From assembly GCF_009914755.1 (NCBI RefSeq), contig NC_060934.1: DNA of 64,000 bases. One strand, 5' to 3'. This document shows positions 40,431-55,613 of the stretch, in pieces. Within the stretch, counting starts at the first letter, position 1. The number at the start of each line of letters is the position of its first letter. A model generated the notes under the pieces. The model saw only the letters and a list, made by a program, of their open reading frames with translations, was not told where the DNA came from and searched no databases. A program made the position numbers and the translations under genes. The stretch comes from the human T2T-CHM13v2.0 reference genome, Homo sapiens.

Positions 40431-43400
40431 ACATCGCCATGATTTGAGAAACAGCACAAGAGGAGACTGTTACTAGTTTCTTGACAAAAGATTGGTTCCT
40501 GCAAGTCCTACAGAGACTGTGAGGGGCTGGGCCTACCAGGGAGGAGAAACATGAAATTTGGGCTTGGGAAGACTTAGATTTTCTCCCATGCCTGCTGTTA
40601 AGGGGGCCCACGTTATAGTTTCTGCTGTCCTTGAACTTGCAAGTGGCTGAAAAGATAAATGTACCATGATTTGGAGGCCTAAATATTCTGAACAGGAAGA
40701 AAATAGGGGTGATCAGTGTACGCAGGAAATTATCTGACCTCATTCCTTAGGATGGTGAAATAGAGAAGGGTGCTAAGGAGCCTATCTCCTTAACCGCATC
40801 TTTTTCGGACTGACTCTTACCCGAGAATCCTTCAAGTGAGATTTGGGGTGTTACGGATACTGGCTTCAGCCTCTATGACTAAAATATGTTGAGCATATGG
40901 ATTTTACAGGAAGGCATAATTTCTGAAGCTAAGAAGCGAACAGACTGGGAAACACCAAAAGGAAGGACCAAGCAACTAGGCCAAAGCCAGCAGAAGTAGA
41001 ATAAGCCTCTCTGTTTAGGCAGAGTGGAGTGGAAGCAAATTTCTTGAAACAGGATGTTTTTTGTCTTAACCAAAATAGTTGGGCTAATTTCTGCCATATT
41101 TTGTACATTCTATGTTTGTGCCTGTTTCCCGAATTCTTTGTCTTATTTTCTGCTTTTATTTTTTCCAGTGATGAGGAAGGTATATTTCTGGAAGGTAGAA
41201 AAGTCTTATGTACTCAAAGGATTCAAGGACTACCATTTTTTATTCTTCCTTATTTATAGTGAGAAACTTAGTGTGTTCCATTTTTCTCCACCCACCTTCT
41301 TCATGTCACATGGAATTCCAGACCCCGGTGATTGCTACAGTAAATAGATTCTTCCAGAAACTGTTTAACATGCATGTTTAATTTTGCAACTTCACTTACG
41401 ACTGTTACTAGGACGTGATTCTATGGCCTCACCTTGATCAGTTGCTCACCACTGTCCCTCTGTCCTTGGACTTGCCTGCTATGCGTAAGTTCTTGCTTTT
41501 GATTCATCTCACTTATCACTGGAATAAATTTACATACATTTTCAGAACTGGTGCATGGATGGTATATTTTGAGAGACCTCGCATGTCCAAGCAAGACTTA
41601 CAGTTGCCTTAAAATCTGAAAGCCATCTGGCTGCGTACAGAATTCATGAGTAACTACCTATTTCCTTCAGAATAAAAATAAATTTTTAACTTCATTTTTT
41701 TCCTGAAGTTTAAAGCTGTGAAAGAGAGTCTGGCTAGGGAGACCAGCTGTTAGTAAAATATGAGATACTTCAAACTTAATGCCTCTCTCCAAAGATTTGT
41801 AGCATTAGACAAAGGTAAACCCACCCTCCAGATTTAGCATCCTGAAACATTTTTCATATGTAACTCAGATTTCCTTTCTTTATTTTTAAGAAATGAAATG
41901 TTATGAGTCAGCTAAATTCCCGATCTGACTTTTGATGAGAATATTTTGCTTTAGTCTTTGACATTTTGAAAGTCTTCATATGTGTACAGGTGTGTCTTAT
42001 ACTGAAAGAGTCATCTCTCAGAGTCCACCCGGTGCTGCTAGAATCCCTTTTTTCAGATGTGGTACTTAAGAGCAAGTTGTTATGCATATGCCAGACAAAA
42101 CTGCCGCTGCCTAACAGTCATTTATCCACTTTATCAGGTTTCCGAAGTGTAGGCATGACTGGATATTACTCCATCTTCAATATGTTCCATCTTGTTTTGA
42201 GATTGGGGGCAATTTCTCCCAAAGATTAGTAATATTTCAATTGACACCTTTTGTATGTAGTATTACTGCATTTTGGCATCTTTTAACATGTTTTTAAGTC
42301 CACTTCAGGAGAAATGGGCAGAAAGTGAATCTGGCAAAGCCAGCGGATTGCTATCCTAACTCTGAAAATGCAATCGTTACCATATCCATTTATTTGGCTG
42401 GTTTCCCCATTTCCCACAGAATGGTTATCAACATTGTTTAGACTGCTATTGGCTTGCATCTTGTGACTCATGATTTCATTCTTGTAATCATGTCTTATAA
42501 CATTCTTATAATCAGTCTTATAACATGAAGCAATTAATCAGAAAAGTGAGGTCCAAAGACCTCAATGAAGAAAGGAAGTAAGGGAAGAAGAAAGCAGGCA
42601 GTGAATCCCCGGAGTGGCCTCCTCTGGCTGAAATTGCCATCCAAGAGCAGAACTGAAATGTGGTTTCCCTCGTAGTTTGTTTTCTTAAATGTATCTCCAT
42701 TCTGTCGTGACTTGACCACAAAGGGAAGGTGTTCTGTTGTCACTAAATTACTTGTCTGAACAGGGAAGGAAGTTTCTATTGGTTTAATCCTCATTCATAG
42801 CTACGAAAATGTGTCCTGTCTTTCTCATGAAACTCATTTAATTATTGGAAAATCCCTCTGCTAACATGAACAAATTGAATTATTCCATGGGGTTTTATTG
42901 CTCTAAAAAGCAATTCCTTCATTGATGAGAGAACCTCTCTAGCGTGTTAAGAGAGGGAAAATATCATACTTAATGACAGTTTGCCTCATGTGAATTTTCT
43001 CCGTAAGATTTTCTTGTGATTTGGGCCCTTGATAAATAAAGTGCATTTTATTATTTTACTCCTATTATTTTATTCTATTATTCCAAAATTTAAAATATCA
43101 AATAAAAAAAATCAAGTTCTGGGTGCACTGCTAACCTTTGATCTCTTTGCCTGTCCCCATAAAGCACCCTCAGACTAGGAATCTTCTGTTATAATAATAT
43201 GATCTTGTCATGACTAAATAGTAAAGTTCACTTTCCCCTGGTTTATAAGCTCTGGGCATGATAAGATGGCGAAGGGGCTTATTGTCATTCTTCCTGTCTC
43301 TTGAAATGTCAGTTCCACACTTATTAATTAAGATAAGGTAGCACCAGGAGCAAGACTAATAGTTTACTTTCATTGTTATTGTATTTTAACAGGCCATTAC

Positions 43401-44167
43401 ACAATACTCAAAAATACTCTGTCATTCTGCTAATCTAGTAACAGACCCATGTATATCCATTTTACTTTTCAAGAGAAATATCTTTATAGAGCTTAGCAAA
43501 TTAACACTTTGACTAGAGGAGCAAATATGTACATGTTTAAAAACCTACAGAAAAATAATGAGGCTAAATGTTAATTGAGCTACATTGTATTTACTTTTAG
43601 CTTTAAAATTCCTTACATAAATTGAGCGTTTAAGCAATAAAATTTGAGAAGTACAGCATTTTTCGTGTTCCAAAATTTTCTATCCTGTATAAGGAAAATA
43701 ATGTTTTATTCAAGCAGTCATGCTGCAATCCAATGGCAGCTCTAACAGATTCTTCATTTAAATGTGTGTTGTCTACGGAAACTGGCCCTCTTGATTTTTT
43801 CGCTGTGTGATCCCAACAGTCATCATGGATGCTGCCACCCGGAATGGCATTTTTAGGCTCTGGGGAGTGTAGTTGTGTGCTTCTCATGCTGTCCCTGGCC
43901 AGAGTGACTTTGTGAAGGGGACAGGATCCATGGCCAGTGCTGTTGTTGGACTCATCTGCTGTACTGAGACGGTGCGGAGTCCTGTGGTAGTGAGAAACTC
44001 ATCTCAAGGGTGGAAAGTTGGGGAGAAAGATGGGTACAGCCAAGGCCACTTGCTGATATTTGACCATATTGACCCACAAAAATGCAATTTCATATGGTTT
44101 TGCCTAATATGTTTCGCTTCTGCTACTAGCATTGAACAGATGATGAGGGCTAGGCATTCTCATAATT

Positions 44168-44340
44168 TCCTTCCTCCTCCTCCTCCTCCTCTTCTTCCTC
44201 CCCCTCTTCCTCCTCCTCCTCCTTCTCCTCCTCCTCATCCTCTTTATCTCCTCCTTCTTACTTTTGTCCTCCTCTCTCTACACCTCTTCCTTCTCCTCCC
44301 CTCCCTCCTGCTCTTCCTCTTTGTCTTCCTCCTCTTTGTC
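44168..44340. repeat. (CCT)n / pyrimidine-rich low-complexity tract
   Basis: Seen directly in the sequence. Confidence 0.95.
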
Positions 44341-44929
44341 AGGAGCTGTTTGGGAATATGATTTAGGAATCTGCAAGGAACCTCACAATCTTCTTTCTTG
44401 CTCTCCTTTTGTTTCCATTGTAAATGGAAAGAAAAAAGAATAACACCACGAAATAAAAACAGCCAAGAGTGAGTAAACGATCATCTTGAAGGTCCTTTTC
44501 CATTTTCAAAGCTCTGTAACAGTGACTCTATGAAGAACAGCTGTGACTAAATGGGGTTTTCCTAAATGAGGGAGCTGTGTATTTTCTAGAGGCTGGCTTT
44601 GGGAAAGTAGAACCTGTGCATACCAGCCACTGTCAGAAGTGGTTTGGACAATCTGGAAGGTATTGTGTGATGTTTCCCACCCCAATTTTGAACTTAACCA
44701 TTGCCCATTGCTAAACCTGCTTTTAAATGTCAAAGGTCAAAGTATGAGTTCACACAAACGTGAATGATGCTGCACTCCCAGATTTCCCTAATTTTTTATT
44801 TCATGTATGCAAAAGAAAGTCCACATTCTTTAATAGGACTTTTAATATTATGAACAGAACTTATCCTACCCTTTATATGTTTCATGTGTACTACTCTTTT
44901 GCCTACCCATACATTCAAGACCCACACAC

Positions 44930-45240
44930 ACCCATACACTGTGCTTGAACTATCCTTGACTTCTTGCCATTTCTAGAATATGTCTTATACTTACATGACC
45001 ACAACTCCTTACTCATACTGTTTTCCTGAACTTGAGGAAATCTGGACAAACTAGGGCCCAGCTAGTTTAGAAGCCTTTGCACTTCTATACAGTGCCACTG
45101 TGTATGACTTTGGGCACCTTGGTCTTTTTGTGTTGAGTGATTATTCTGTGTACATGCATGCTCATTGTGGCATGCTTATTGTGGCCTTCTCTGCCATGGC
45201 ATTTATCTAGCACATGCTAAGCACTTAGTAAGTGATTTTT
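44930..45240 (+). mobile_element. Degenerate L2 3' region
   Basis: gacttcttgccatttctagaatatg...tctagcacatgctaagcacttagtaagtg. Confidence 0.5.
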
Positions 45241-45256
45241 AAGATTAAATGATAGG

Positions 45257-45599
<343 letters not shown>

Positions 45600-45910
45600 T
45601 CACGCTAGTGTATATGCTGGAGAAAAATGCTTTCTAGAAGAAAAGTTATCAAATGGTAGATGTTTGTTTTTAAAAATTATGTGAGAAATATAAGTGCAGT
45701 TCTAGTCTAAATCTAGAATCTAGGCTCCAGATTAGCAGGAAACAAGCAGAAGACAAGAATTTATTGTGATGAACTGTATAACAAACCTCCTCTGACTTCC
45801 TGAAGTTTATAAAAATACTTACATAAAGGAAGCAAGCTCACAGAACAGTTTTTTTAAAAATTACACAAAAATGTCTCCATAAGCCCCTGGTAAACAAAAT
45901 GGAAATATTA

Positions 45911-46305
45911 TGTAATACTTTCCTGTTGCTGCTGTAACCAATTGCTGCAAATGTAGTGGCATGAAACAATGTAAATCTATTATCTTATGGTTCAGGATTT
46001 CTTCCAGAGGTCCTAGAAAGAATTCATTGATGTGCCTTTCCCAGCTTCCACAGGTCACCTGGACTGCTTGGCTCCTGGTCTCTTCTTCCATCTTCAAAGC
46101 CAGCAGTGTAACATTCAGATCTCTTCTTTCTGACCTCTGCTTCCCATCTCCCATCTGCTAGTCTCCTCCTATGACCCTCATTCTCCTGCACTTTAAGATC
46201 CTTAATTTAATCACATCTGCAAACCCCTTTTGCCATACAAAATAAAATTTTCACAAGTTCCAGGGATTAGACTGTGGATGTTTTTGGAAGAACATGAGTC
46301 CATAT
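45911..46305 (-). mobile_element. MLT1C/D LTR (internally deleted)
   Basis: ttcctgttgctgctgtaac...ttccatcttcaaagccagca...aagatccttaatttaatcacatctgcaaa...cagggattag. Confidence 0.88.
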
Positions 46306-46399
46306 CTCATGATAGCAGAAAGAACTCATCTTTCCCACGTGTTCTAATAATCTGGATGGGTGGTCTTTTATATTTTAAATTAATATTCTATCCAGGGTC

Positions 46400-46530
46400 A
46401 TTTTCTTTCCTTGCTTCATTCTTGCCTTCCTTCATTCCTACCCTTCCCTCCTTCTTTCCTTCCTTTCTTCCTTCCTCTCTTTTTGTAGGTATTTATTGAG
46501 TCTGTGTATCAGGCACTGTTTTTAGCCCAA
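46400..46530 (-). repeat. (TTCC)n tract adjoining an L2 3' end
   Basis: ccttccttcattcctacccttccctcc... followed by atttattgagtctgtgtatcaggcactg. Confidence 0.7.
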
Positions 46531-46852
46531 GTTAGTTATACCAGCATAAGTCACTTGACCATCTGTTACCCCTTTAACTGTTGCTTCAAGACAAAGCTAT
46601 TTGGAGAAGACCATCACCCAAAATGATAATATAATATAATATAACAGCCTTTCATAAACAAATTTGAGCCTCATTATTTTAGAACTCTCACTGAACACTG
46701 AGACATGCAGAATATAGGCAAAGTGCCAACAGAAGGGCTGCCCTCCTGATATTTACATTGTTGACAGATGAGACTGTTGCACAGATACACGAAGAAGAGT
46801 CTGACAACTGAACGAGAGCCTGAACGTGTATGTGCATTAAAAAAGGAAATGA

Positions 46853-47148
46853 AGCTGGGCATGGGACTCATGCCTGTAATCCCAGCCCTTCAGGAGGCCA
46901 AGGCAGGAGGATGGCTTGAGCCTGGAAGTTCAAGGCCAGCCTAGGCAATACAGTGAGACACCATCTCTGCAAAAAATAAAAAATTAGCCCAGCATGTGGG
47001 TGCATGCCCGTGGTCCCAGCTACCTGGGAAGCTGAGGTGAGAGGATTTCTTGAGCCTAGGAGGTCAAGGCGGCAGTGAGCTGTGATCACACCACTGCACT
47101 CCAGCCTGGATGACAGAGTGAGACCCTGTCTCAGAAAACAACAAAAAA
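46853..47148 (+). mobile_element. AluJ
   Basis: ggaggatggcttgagcctggaagttcaaggccagcc; gaggtcaaggcggcagtgagc. Confidence 0.94.
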
Positions 47149-47961
47149 CAGAATTAATGAGCGAGGGGCTGACATTATTTATAAGCTGTTTGTGGTATGC
47201 CAAGCAAGGGACAGTCACAGAAATTGCATTTCTAGATGAGCTGAGGTTTGGGGTGTGGGGTGGGAGAGGGAGACAGATTTTTGCCTGGGTGTCACAGCTT
47301 CCTGAATTTGCAGTTTCAAATGGCTGCCTTGGCAGTCTCTCATGCATTAACTCCCTGTCGCCAGGTCTAAAATAACCGGGGACTGGCAGAAGCCTAGAGC
47401 TATTCCTTCCCAGATTTGTAGCATTGTTACTCTTTTTTTTTTTTTCCTAAGCTCCACTTGTAGAATGTAGACTGCCAATCCAACTTGCAAAGCCATCAGA
47501 TACAGGCACATCATCCCGTAAGCATTTCTGACAGTCAGTGTCACTATGCATCTTTTTTATCACCTTCCTTTTTACAAGGTATCACAGATAGCACGTGAAG
47601 TTCAACTGTGATTAATAGGACTCTTTCACCATTGACTTCACTGGGCTCCAGCCTACGAAGAAAAATGTGGCTGCTGATAAATCTCATGTGATAAGAGCTG
47701 TGTTATGTAAGCAGTTCAGGCAGGCGTTTCAGCGCATATTATTATGACAGGGTGGTAGTTTGCAAAGTTCAATTGAATTGACTAGGCCGCTTGTCCAATT
47801 GATTTTGCTTCTGTTGAGTGGGAAAAACAAATACTAATAGTACCAAAACCCATGTTTGCATGATAGAGATTATCTGTTCGGCTGTTGGTCTATTTTTTTG
47901 TAACCACTTTTAGAATATTATGCACACTTGGAAAAAATTTTTCTAGTCCTTTTTTTCTTAG

Positions 47962-48369
<408 letters not shown>

Positions 48370-48919
48370 TGTGTAGACTTTTGATGCACTAACTGTATGT
48401 GGGGGATGGTTTAGGATGTCAAGATGTACATGTGCACAAGATTTATGGATGACATAGCAAATGATTTACATTACTGAATTTCTAAAGGACAAGAGATGTA
48501 AATGGTGAAAAATCACCTTGGGTTAGATGGGAGCAGAAAGAACGTAGACATTCCTTCTAGGCAAGACTTGCTTACTGGACACATTCTGAAGGAAATTTAA
48601 TCGTGCACGCAGGGTGGGAAGAGCATGGCACAGGCACAGGCACCCCTGTAGACTGAATTCTCTTGGGGGATGAGTTGGGGGAACAGTTTCATCTCACACC
48701 ATAACTTTAATCATAGCTAAAAATTGCCATGTGATTATCGTGCAGTATTGAATTATAAGGACCAGTTAGATCAGTGAATTTGGATCTTTCTGAGACTAAC
48801 AAATGGAAAACAGAGACTTCGTTTTACATAAAAGATTTTTTGTGGGTAACGAAAAAACCAAGACATTCCTTGTCCAGCCTCATTCAGCAACTATTCTCTG
48901 TGTTCCGTGAGCCTAGGGC

Positions 48920-49295
48920 TGAAGCCTTCTTGGAAAGTCTGCATGCCCCAGGCTTGAGCAGTGTTTTCATACCTCCATGCCTTCGCCTGATCTGTGCTCT
49001 CTGCCTCAAACACTCTTTTTCTTCTAGTAACCTCGGGCTTGCCCTTCAAGACCCAGAACAAACAGTTATTACCATCTCTCGCCAAAATTAGTGAGTAACT
49101 TCTTTTCTGAAACCTTTCAGCACGTTGTACATATATCTTTCATAACTGATTCGTTATTTAAATATAACATGGTCTGTCTCCCCCAGTAGTTCATAGGCTT
49201 CTTGGAGCGGGGACCATGTCACTCTTATCTTTGTCTTCCTGCCCTACCCAAGCAAATCATAGACTCTTAGTGCTTATTAAATAATTGAATGAATT
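48920..49295 (+). mobile_element. L2 3' region
   Basis: catacctccatgccttcgc...gtctgtctccccagtag...ggggaccatgtc...aataattgaatgaat. Confidence 0.75.
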
Positions 49296-50944
49296 TGTGC
49301 CCAGAGAAGGGACACCAACCAGCCAAAGGCACACCCCATCACCCTCCTTTTATTTCTTCTCTTGTCAGAAATGCAAAACTCTTAATGTAAAACCTTCTGT
49401 GATGAAGAAAGCAGAAAGAGGTTGTGAAACTTAAAATCCTCTAATATAAAATGTTCATGTGGGTAGATCCAACAGAGAAGAAACTAAGCCTAAGGGATTT
49501 TCACTCTGAAATCCATGGATTTGCTTTCTTGTTGTTTTCACCTCTTCCCAGTAATGCCATGTGATGGAGCCATTTCGCAGGGGTTAATCTACATGTAATG
49601 AAGTTTCAAATAAAATCATATACTGTACTCCACTTATGGGGCTCTGAGGTTTTTCTTTTCTAGGCAGCATGATACAAAACAGTGATAAATAGGCTGATGT
49701 TTATCACTGCACCTAATACCTTTTAAAAGAAATTTTTTTGCTGTCCCTGAGCAAGTATATATTATTGTGAGTAGTTTCTTCATTAAAATCAGAGGTTTTG
49801 CATATACTCTATCAGAACTGGAGAATGTCTGATCATCAGAAACATGCAAGATTCAGGTGCTATGTCTTCTCTCAAAAGACCTCCAGCCGTCTCTGACCCA
49901 TGTCAGTCTGACTTTTGCTTTCTAATAAAACTCATGAGCAAATGTGCAGATCTAGCTAGCCTGGCATGGGCACTGGTATTAAGAACTTAGTTCTGCCACC
50001 TGCAAGCATATACCTGCTGGTCAAGAAAACATAAAAGTATCCTTCCTCCTGCCCCAGCCCTAGGAGGGGAGCATAACACAAGAGTATTGCATAGGAGAGT
50101 CTTCCAAAGTAGCACAACTTAAACCGTGGTTCTGATTCTAAGAAAAGTCAATAGCCCATCTGGAATTTTCGGGGACCATTTTTCTTCCTGGAAGAGTGTA
50201 CAGTCTTTCCTGTGCATGATAAATGTGGGGCATTTACACTAGGAGAGTCCTATACTGATGTGGATCAACATTCATCTTCATCTTCTATGCTAAAATCAAA
50301 AGTATACAGTTTCCTGAGATGGAAACGATGGGGTCAGGGTCACAATGAGGAGGGGTTTTTTTCCCCTAAACTGCAACTGATAGAATTTCAGTGGCATGTA
50401 GATATGATGAGTTCTCATGACTTTTTTCTCTTTAGTTCAAAATAACAGTAAAATGAACAGCCAAAGAGAAGGAGAATAATGATATATCAGGTTTGAAGAT
50501 GATCTATACAGGTATTGACCAGCTTTCTGGAATCAGGGGTATTTCCATATAACTTTATGTCTAGGCATGGATCGCTCAAAGGTGAATTGTCTACATCATG
50601 GACAGTAAAGTAGAAAGGAAGGCCCACAGACTGAGAATTAAGGATGTGGGAATGCATGCCCCGCCCCTCACCAGCTGCTGGTCTAGACCACCTTACAAAA
50701 TGTCATGGCAAAAAAATGCTTTGTCAACTACAAAGCATAGTATAAAATTCAGTTGTGCATTATTACAATTATTGAAATGATTACTTGATAATTTTACTGA
50801 TTTTCCCCACAGTCTGATGGACATGGATGAAATTTAGGGTTGTTTAGGATTTGCTCATTTGTTGAAAGTAAACTTCGTTTGAAGCACTAAGCACCTCTCT
50901 GCCTTGAAAGGTAGCACTTTTGCTGAGAGGTGAAGCTGGTTTTA

Positions 50945-51375
<431 letters not shown>

Positions 51376-51714
51376 TCAGTGGAGTTTTTTTCATATGTTT
51401 AAAGTTATTTCCAGACGATTAGACATACAGACTCCAGCTAAGAACAAATGTAAGTAATTTTTGGATTATCTGTTTAGGATTATTTGTACTGCCTTCCCAT
51501 ACATTAATGTAAGCAACTGGGAATATACTGCTGTTCACTCTCTCTCATATAAATCCTTAGCCAAATAAGGGCGTCTGGGGAGCAAGCAACACTAACTTAG
51601 CCTGATAGGCAAACTCCATGGAAGAAATGCTGTTGCCTCCTCTAAGACAAAGTTGAAAGAATAGCTCTTAATATTGCACATGACAAAAATCTCAAAGATT
51701 TCTCTTTCATCATC

Positions 51715-51985
51715 ATCATTATTGTCATCAGCAGCAGCAGCACCTTTTACCGAATGTCTTCTCTGTGCCAGATGCAATACTAGATACTTACAAACGTTAG
51801 AGCTTGTAATTTCATCCTTGCAACAACCCTGAGAGGTATGTGTCATGTTTCTCATTTTTCAAACGAACAAACTGCTGCTCAGATGTTGACATGACTCAGA
51901 CATGAGTTTTTAAGAGGCAGAGCTGGACTTCAACCCAGACTTGACTTCAGGCCTCGGTTCATTCCATGACTCGATGCGGCTGCTT
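51715..51985 (-). mobile_element. MIR
   Basis: tgtgccagatgcaatactag...catccttgcaacaaccctgagaggta...ggcagagctggacttcaacccagac. Confidence 0.85.
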
Positions 51986-52024
51986 CGCTGTTTATTAGCT
52001 GCACGGGCAGACTGGATGGATTTA

Positions 52025-52225
52025 CAGAGCTACAGGCCTCAAGGTCAGATCACCTCTGGCTTCTGGTCTCAGTTCTGTCACTTATCACCTCTGTGATCTT
52101 GGAAGAGTCTGTTAATCACTCTAAGTCTGTTGTCTCATCTGGAAAGTGTTGTTAAATTGGGCTGTCAATCCTCGCAGGATCATTGGGAGGAGCAAATAGC
52201 ACAGTATATACTGAGTGCTAGAAAA
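52025..52225 (+). mobile_element. MIR, head-to-head with the preceding MIR
   Basis: ctcagttctgtcacttatcacctctgtgatcttggaagagt...ctcatctggaaagtg. Confidence 0.7.
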
Positions 52226-53836
52226 ATCTAAGGTCTGACAACCATTCACTCTTGAGCAGCATTGCTTGCAAGGCTTATTCTTTAAAATATGTTTGCCTTA
52301 ATGATTTTCTATTATTTCAAGACATAGACATTCATCAAGTAGCACAAGCAATGATATGCAAAAAAAACCTTTATTTAATTAGAGCCCAAATAAATAGAAA
52401 CTCTTGTTTCAGGTTGCTTTCTTGAACTCCACTTTTGAGAGCAAGAAATAATTAAGAAAGCAAGACATAAGTAAGAAAAGAAGCATAGGGGTAAGCATAG
52501 ATTTGCTAAAAACCCAAACAGCTTCTAGACTATTTTCAGGGTCACAATCAGGTTTAGGCAGGAAGCTTCCCTAGAGACTAGAGATGTCCAGTTACTTGGC
52601 CAAGGTCACTCACCCACCTGGGCCCAGGTTCCAGTGCTCTACCCTGTGGCTGGTCTTTCTACCTCATTCCCCAGAGCTCCTCATCTCCTTGGCCTGACCT
52701 GGAGCACACACTCATGTTCAGCATGAGACTCTTCAGATCCCCTCCATCCACAAATGGAAGGCACCCTTTTTTGTTCCTGTAGACTGAGCCGACTCACAGT
52801 GAATTGCTTCACACTTAAGAGTTTCAACCACAAAGTCTAGAAATAGAAATCTCCGTTTATCAAAATGTCCCATTCCACATTCATTCTCATTAGTGGAGCT
52901 TTCATTGTTGTTATTTGCCTTCTGTAGGAATGGAAAATAAGTTCCCATTGTGATTTGAACTATCTGGGACATGCAGTGAACTTGGACAATGTGTCATTCC
53001 CCAGATCTACTGCCAGGCTCTACATGTTGTTCCAATTCACTGGAAAACTGCCAGCCTTGCTCCTACGTTTTGTAAATCTACCATGGAGGAGGGCATTGGG
53101 TATTGACATAGAGGAGAGAAAGCACACAGAGATGATTTTTGTTGTTATTGTGTAAAGCTAACACAGGAAAATATGTTTGTCAAGGAGGATGGAGCCTGGT
53201 TATTCCTTACATTCAGGTAGAGGTGACGGGACCTGAAAGTCAAACAAAGAAAGAGGAAAATGTTGATATCATTTTTTTGTCATCCTTCTTTTCTTATGGT
53301 TGTTTTCTCTTATTGCATCCTTCTTAACACTGGTTTCTTGTGGACACCCTGGATAACATTAGAGCAGAACATTCTAACACTTTGCTTTGAAGCAAGAATT
53401 GGAATTAACTGCCCTTTAAAATACAGCAGCAAATTAATCCAGCCCAAATCCCAATGAGGGCAGTCAATAACATTCTTCTTTTGCAGAGGCAGGGCATTTC
53501 ACACAGAGACACAAGAGAGGGTGGATTACTCAGTCAAGGCCACACAGCAAGTTCCTGAGCAGCTTGACTGTAATTACACATAGAGAAAGAGCTTAATTAT
53601 TTGAGCCCTAAGATTATGGAAGTGCCATGATACATGAGGCTTCCAACAGTTCCTTTGCCATCCAAGTGGTTTCCAGATCAACTCTCATGAGATCAACAGC
53701 TTAAACCCAGGAGTCAGGCAGGAGTAGGAGGCAAGATTTACAAGTCACCACTGTGGACTTGTGTGGGGCTGCAGGACCTAAAACTATGGCTTCGTCTACT
53801 GTACAGGGTCCCCAGAGCAAACCCAGTCTAGGAAGG

Positions 53837-54255
53837 TGTATTCATCCATTCTCACATTGCTATAGAGAGATACCTGAGACGGGGTAATTTATAAAGAAAA
53901 GTGGTTTAATTGGCTCATGGTTCTGCAGGCTGTATGGGAAACATAGTGGCTTCTGCTTCCAAGGAGACCTCAGGAAGCTTCCAGTCATGGCAGAAGGCAA
54001 AAAGGGAGTGGGACACCTCACAAGGTGGGAGCAGGAGCAAGAGACGGACGAGGGAGGTGCTGTACACTTTTAAACAATCAGATCTCGTGAGAGCTCACTC
54101 ACTATCTCAAGAACAGCACCGAGGGGATGGCGCTAAACTGTTCATGAGAAACCTCCCCCCATGATCTAATCACCTCCCACTAGGCCCTGCCTCCAACACT
54201 GGGGGTTACAATTGAACACGAGATTTGGGTGGGGACACAGATCCAAACCATATCA
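53837..54255 (-). mobile_element. MSTA solo LTR
   Basis: tgtattcatccattctcacattgcta ... ggggacacagatccaaaccatatca; perfect 5-bp TSD gaagg. Confidence 0.95.
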
Positions 54256-55257
54256 GAAGGCAAGCACTAGGAGCTCTTCATGGTTTCTGGAATCAGAGAG
54301 CGTTCTTGGAGCAGAATGACTATGTTAACCATAACAGAAATGAATGTGAGTCAGAAGCTTACAGACAATTTTAACAACAAAAAAAGTTTTTAACCTGATT
54401 CTTATGGGACAGGAGAAAAAAAAAAGGCCAAATGATAGATTTTTCATTTTGGGCAAAAAAAAGAATTGGAAGTAAGCTCAGAAGTTTACCACTTTGGGCA
54501 AGAGGCCAATATTTGAAGTGCAGAGAGGAGGTATAATATGAACTTTAAAATGGATTATAAAGAGCCAAATAGAATAAAATTGGGGTCTGAGAGCTGGTAC
54601 CATGTTACTCGATTTCCGATGATGAATCCTCTCACCAGCTCAAGGGCACCAACTTGATGGATTTAATGTAATGTCTAAAATGACTAAGCTTTGATATTGT
54701 AAGTAGCCTGACCATATCATGAGATTCTGAGTAACTTGATTTGTCTGGCATTGTTCTGAAGTGGATCCACTTTATCAAAGCCACAGATATATGGCAAAGT
54801 TGAAAAGATAATGTGAAAGTTCCTTTAGCACACAGACGTCCCAGGCCCTGGTTTCAATCACACCAGTAGGACGGAATTTTAGGCAGTTGATCATAAAAGT
54901 TTGTCCAAACTTAGGAAATGTACAATTAACTAGAAAGAAGGATCTACTATGATTGACTATAAAATGTGCCACCTGAAAGAAAAAAAAATGAATTGAGCAT
55001 AGGAAGCCTGTCAGGCATCATATTTATAAATGGTGCTAATCCTATTCACAAACTTAGAGTGCAGGGCAGTAGATTTCTACCTTATGGTGAATTCACTCTG
55101 TTGATGGGCACACCGGAAATCTACTATGATTTCATACTCTGTTTATAAACCGGAAAATGTCTGTCCATTTAAAAATCCCAGTGCTGTGTTTGCAAATAAT
55201 TTCTCTTACATTGTTCCACTTGTAGTCTCCAGGTAATATTATGAAGTGAAACTTATA

Positions 55258-55490
55258 ATAATATGAGTCCGTATTCATTGAGAATCAAATGTGCTAGCTA
55301 CTATATGCCTGGCACTGTACTGAGTGATATCACATTAAATCCTTACAAGAGTCCAGATTTATCTGAATTTCACAGACGAGATACTGAGGTGCAAAGGTGA
55401 CATAACCTGGCTGAAGTCGCACAGCTGATAGATACGTTAGAGTACCAAGATTTGAACCCAGGAGATCAAACCCCTGAGCCCAGCTGCCTC
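55258..55490 (-). mobile_element. MIR
   Basis: ctactatatgcctggcactgtactgagtg...ttcacagacgagatactgagg...gatttgaacccagg. Confidence 0.85.
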
Positions 55491-55613
55491 CTGATGTCCT
55501 TTATTGACTTACCCCATAAAGATATTTTCCCAAGTAAGAAATATTCACCATCTTGATGTGAATTTGACAGTGTTATCCACCCTATACATTTTTTACCTTA
55601 CCTGAAATTGAGC

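Noticed and set aside
42480-42526. Short tcttataa repeats (and a similar short duplication at ~25419-25452)
   Set aside because: Small slippage duplications; no repeat-spacer array structure, so not CRISPR-like.
43873-44361. 162-aa ORF with polyproline and a hydrophobic tail
   Set aside because: It is a translation of the (CCT)n low-complexity tract.
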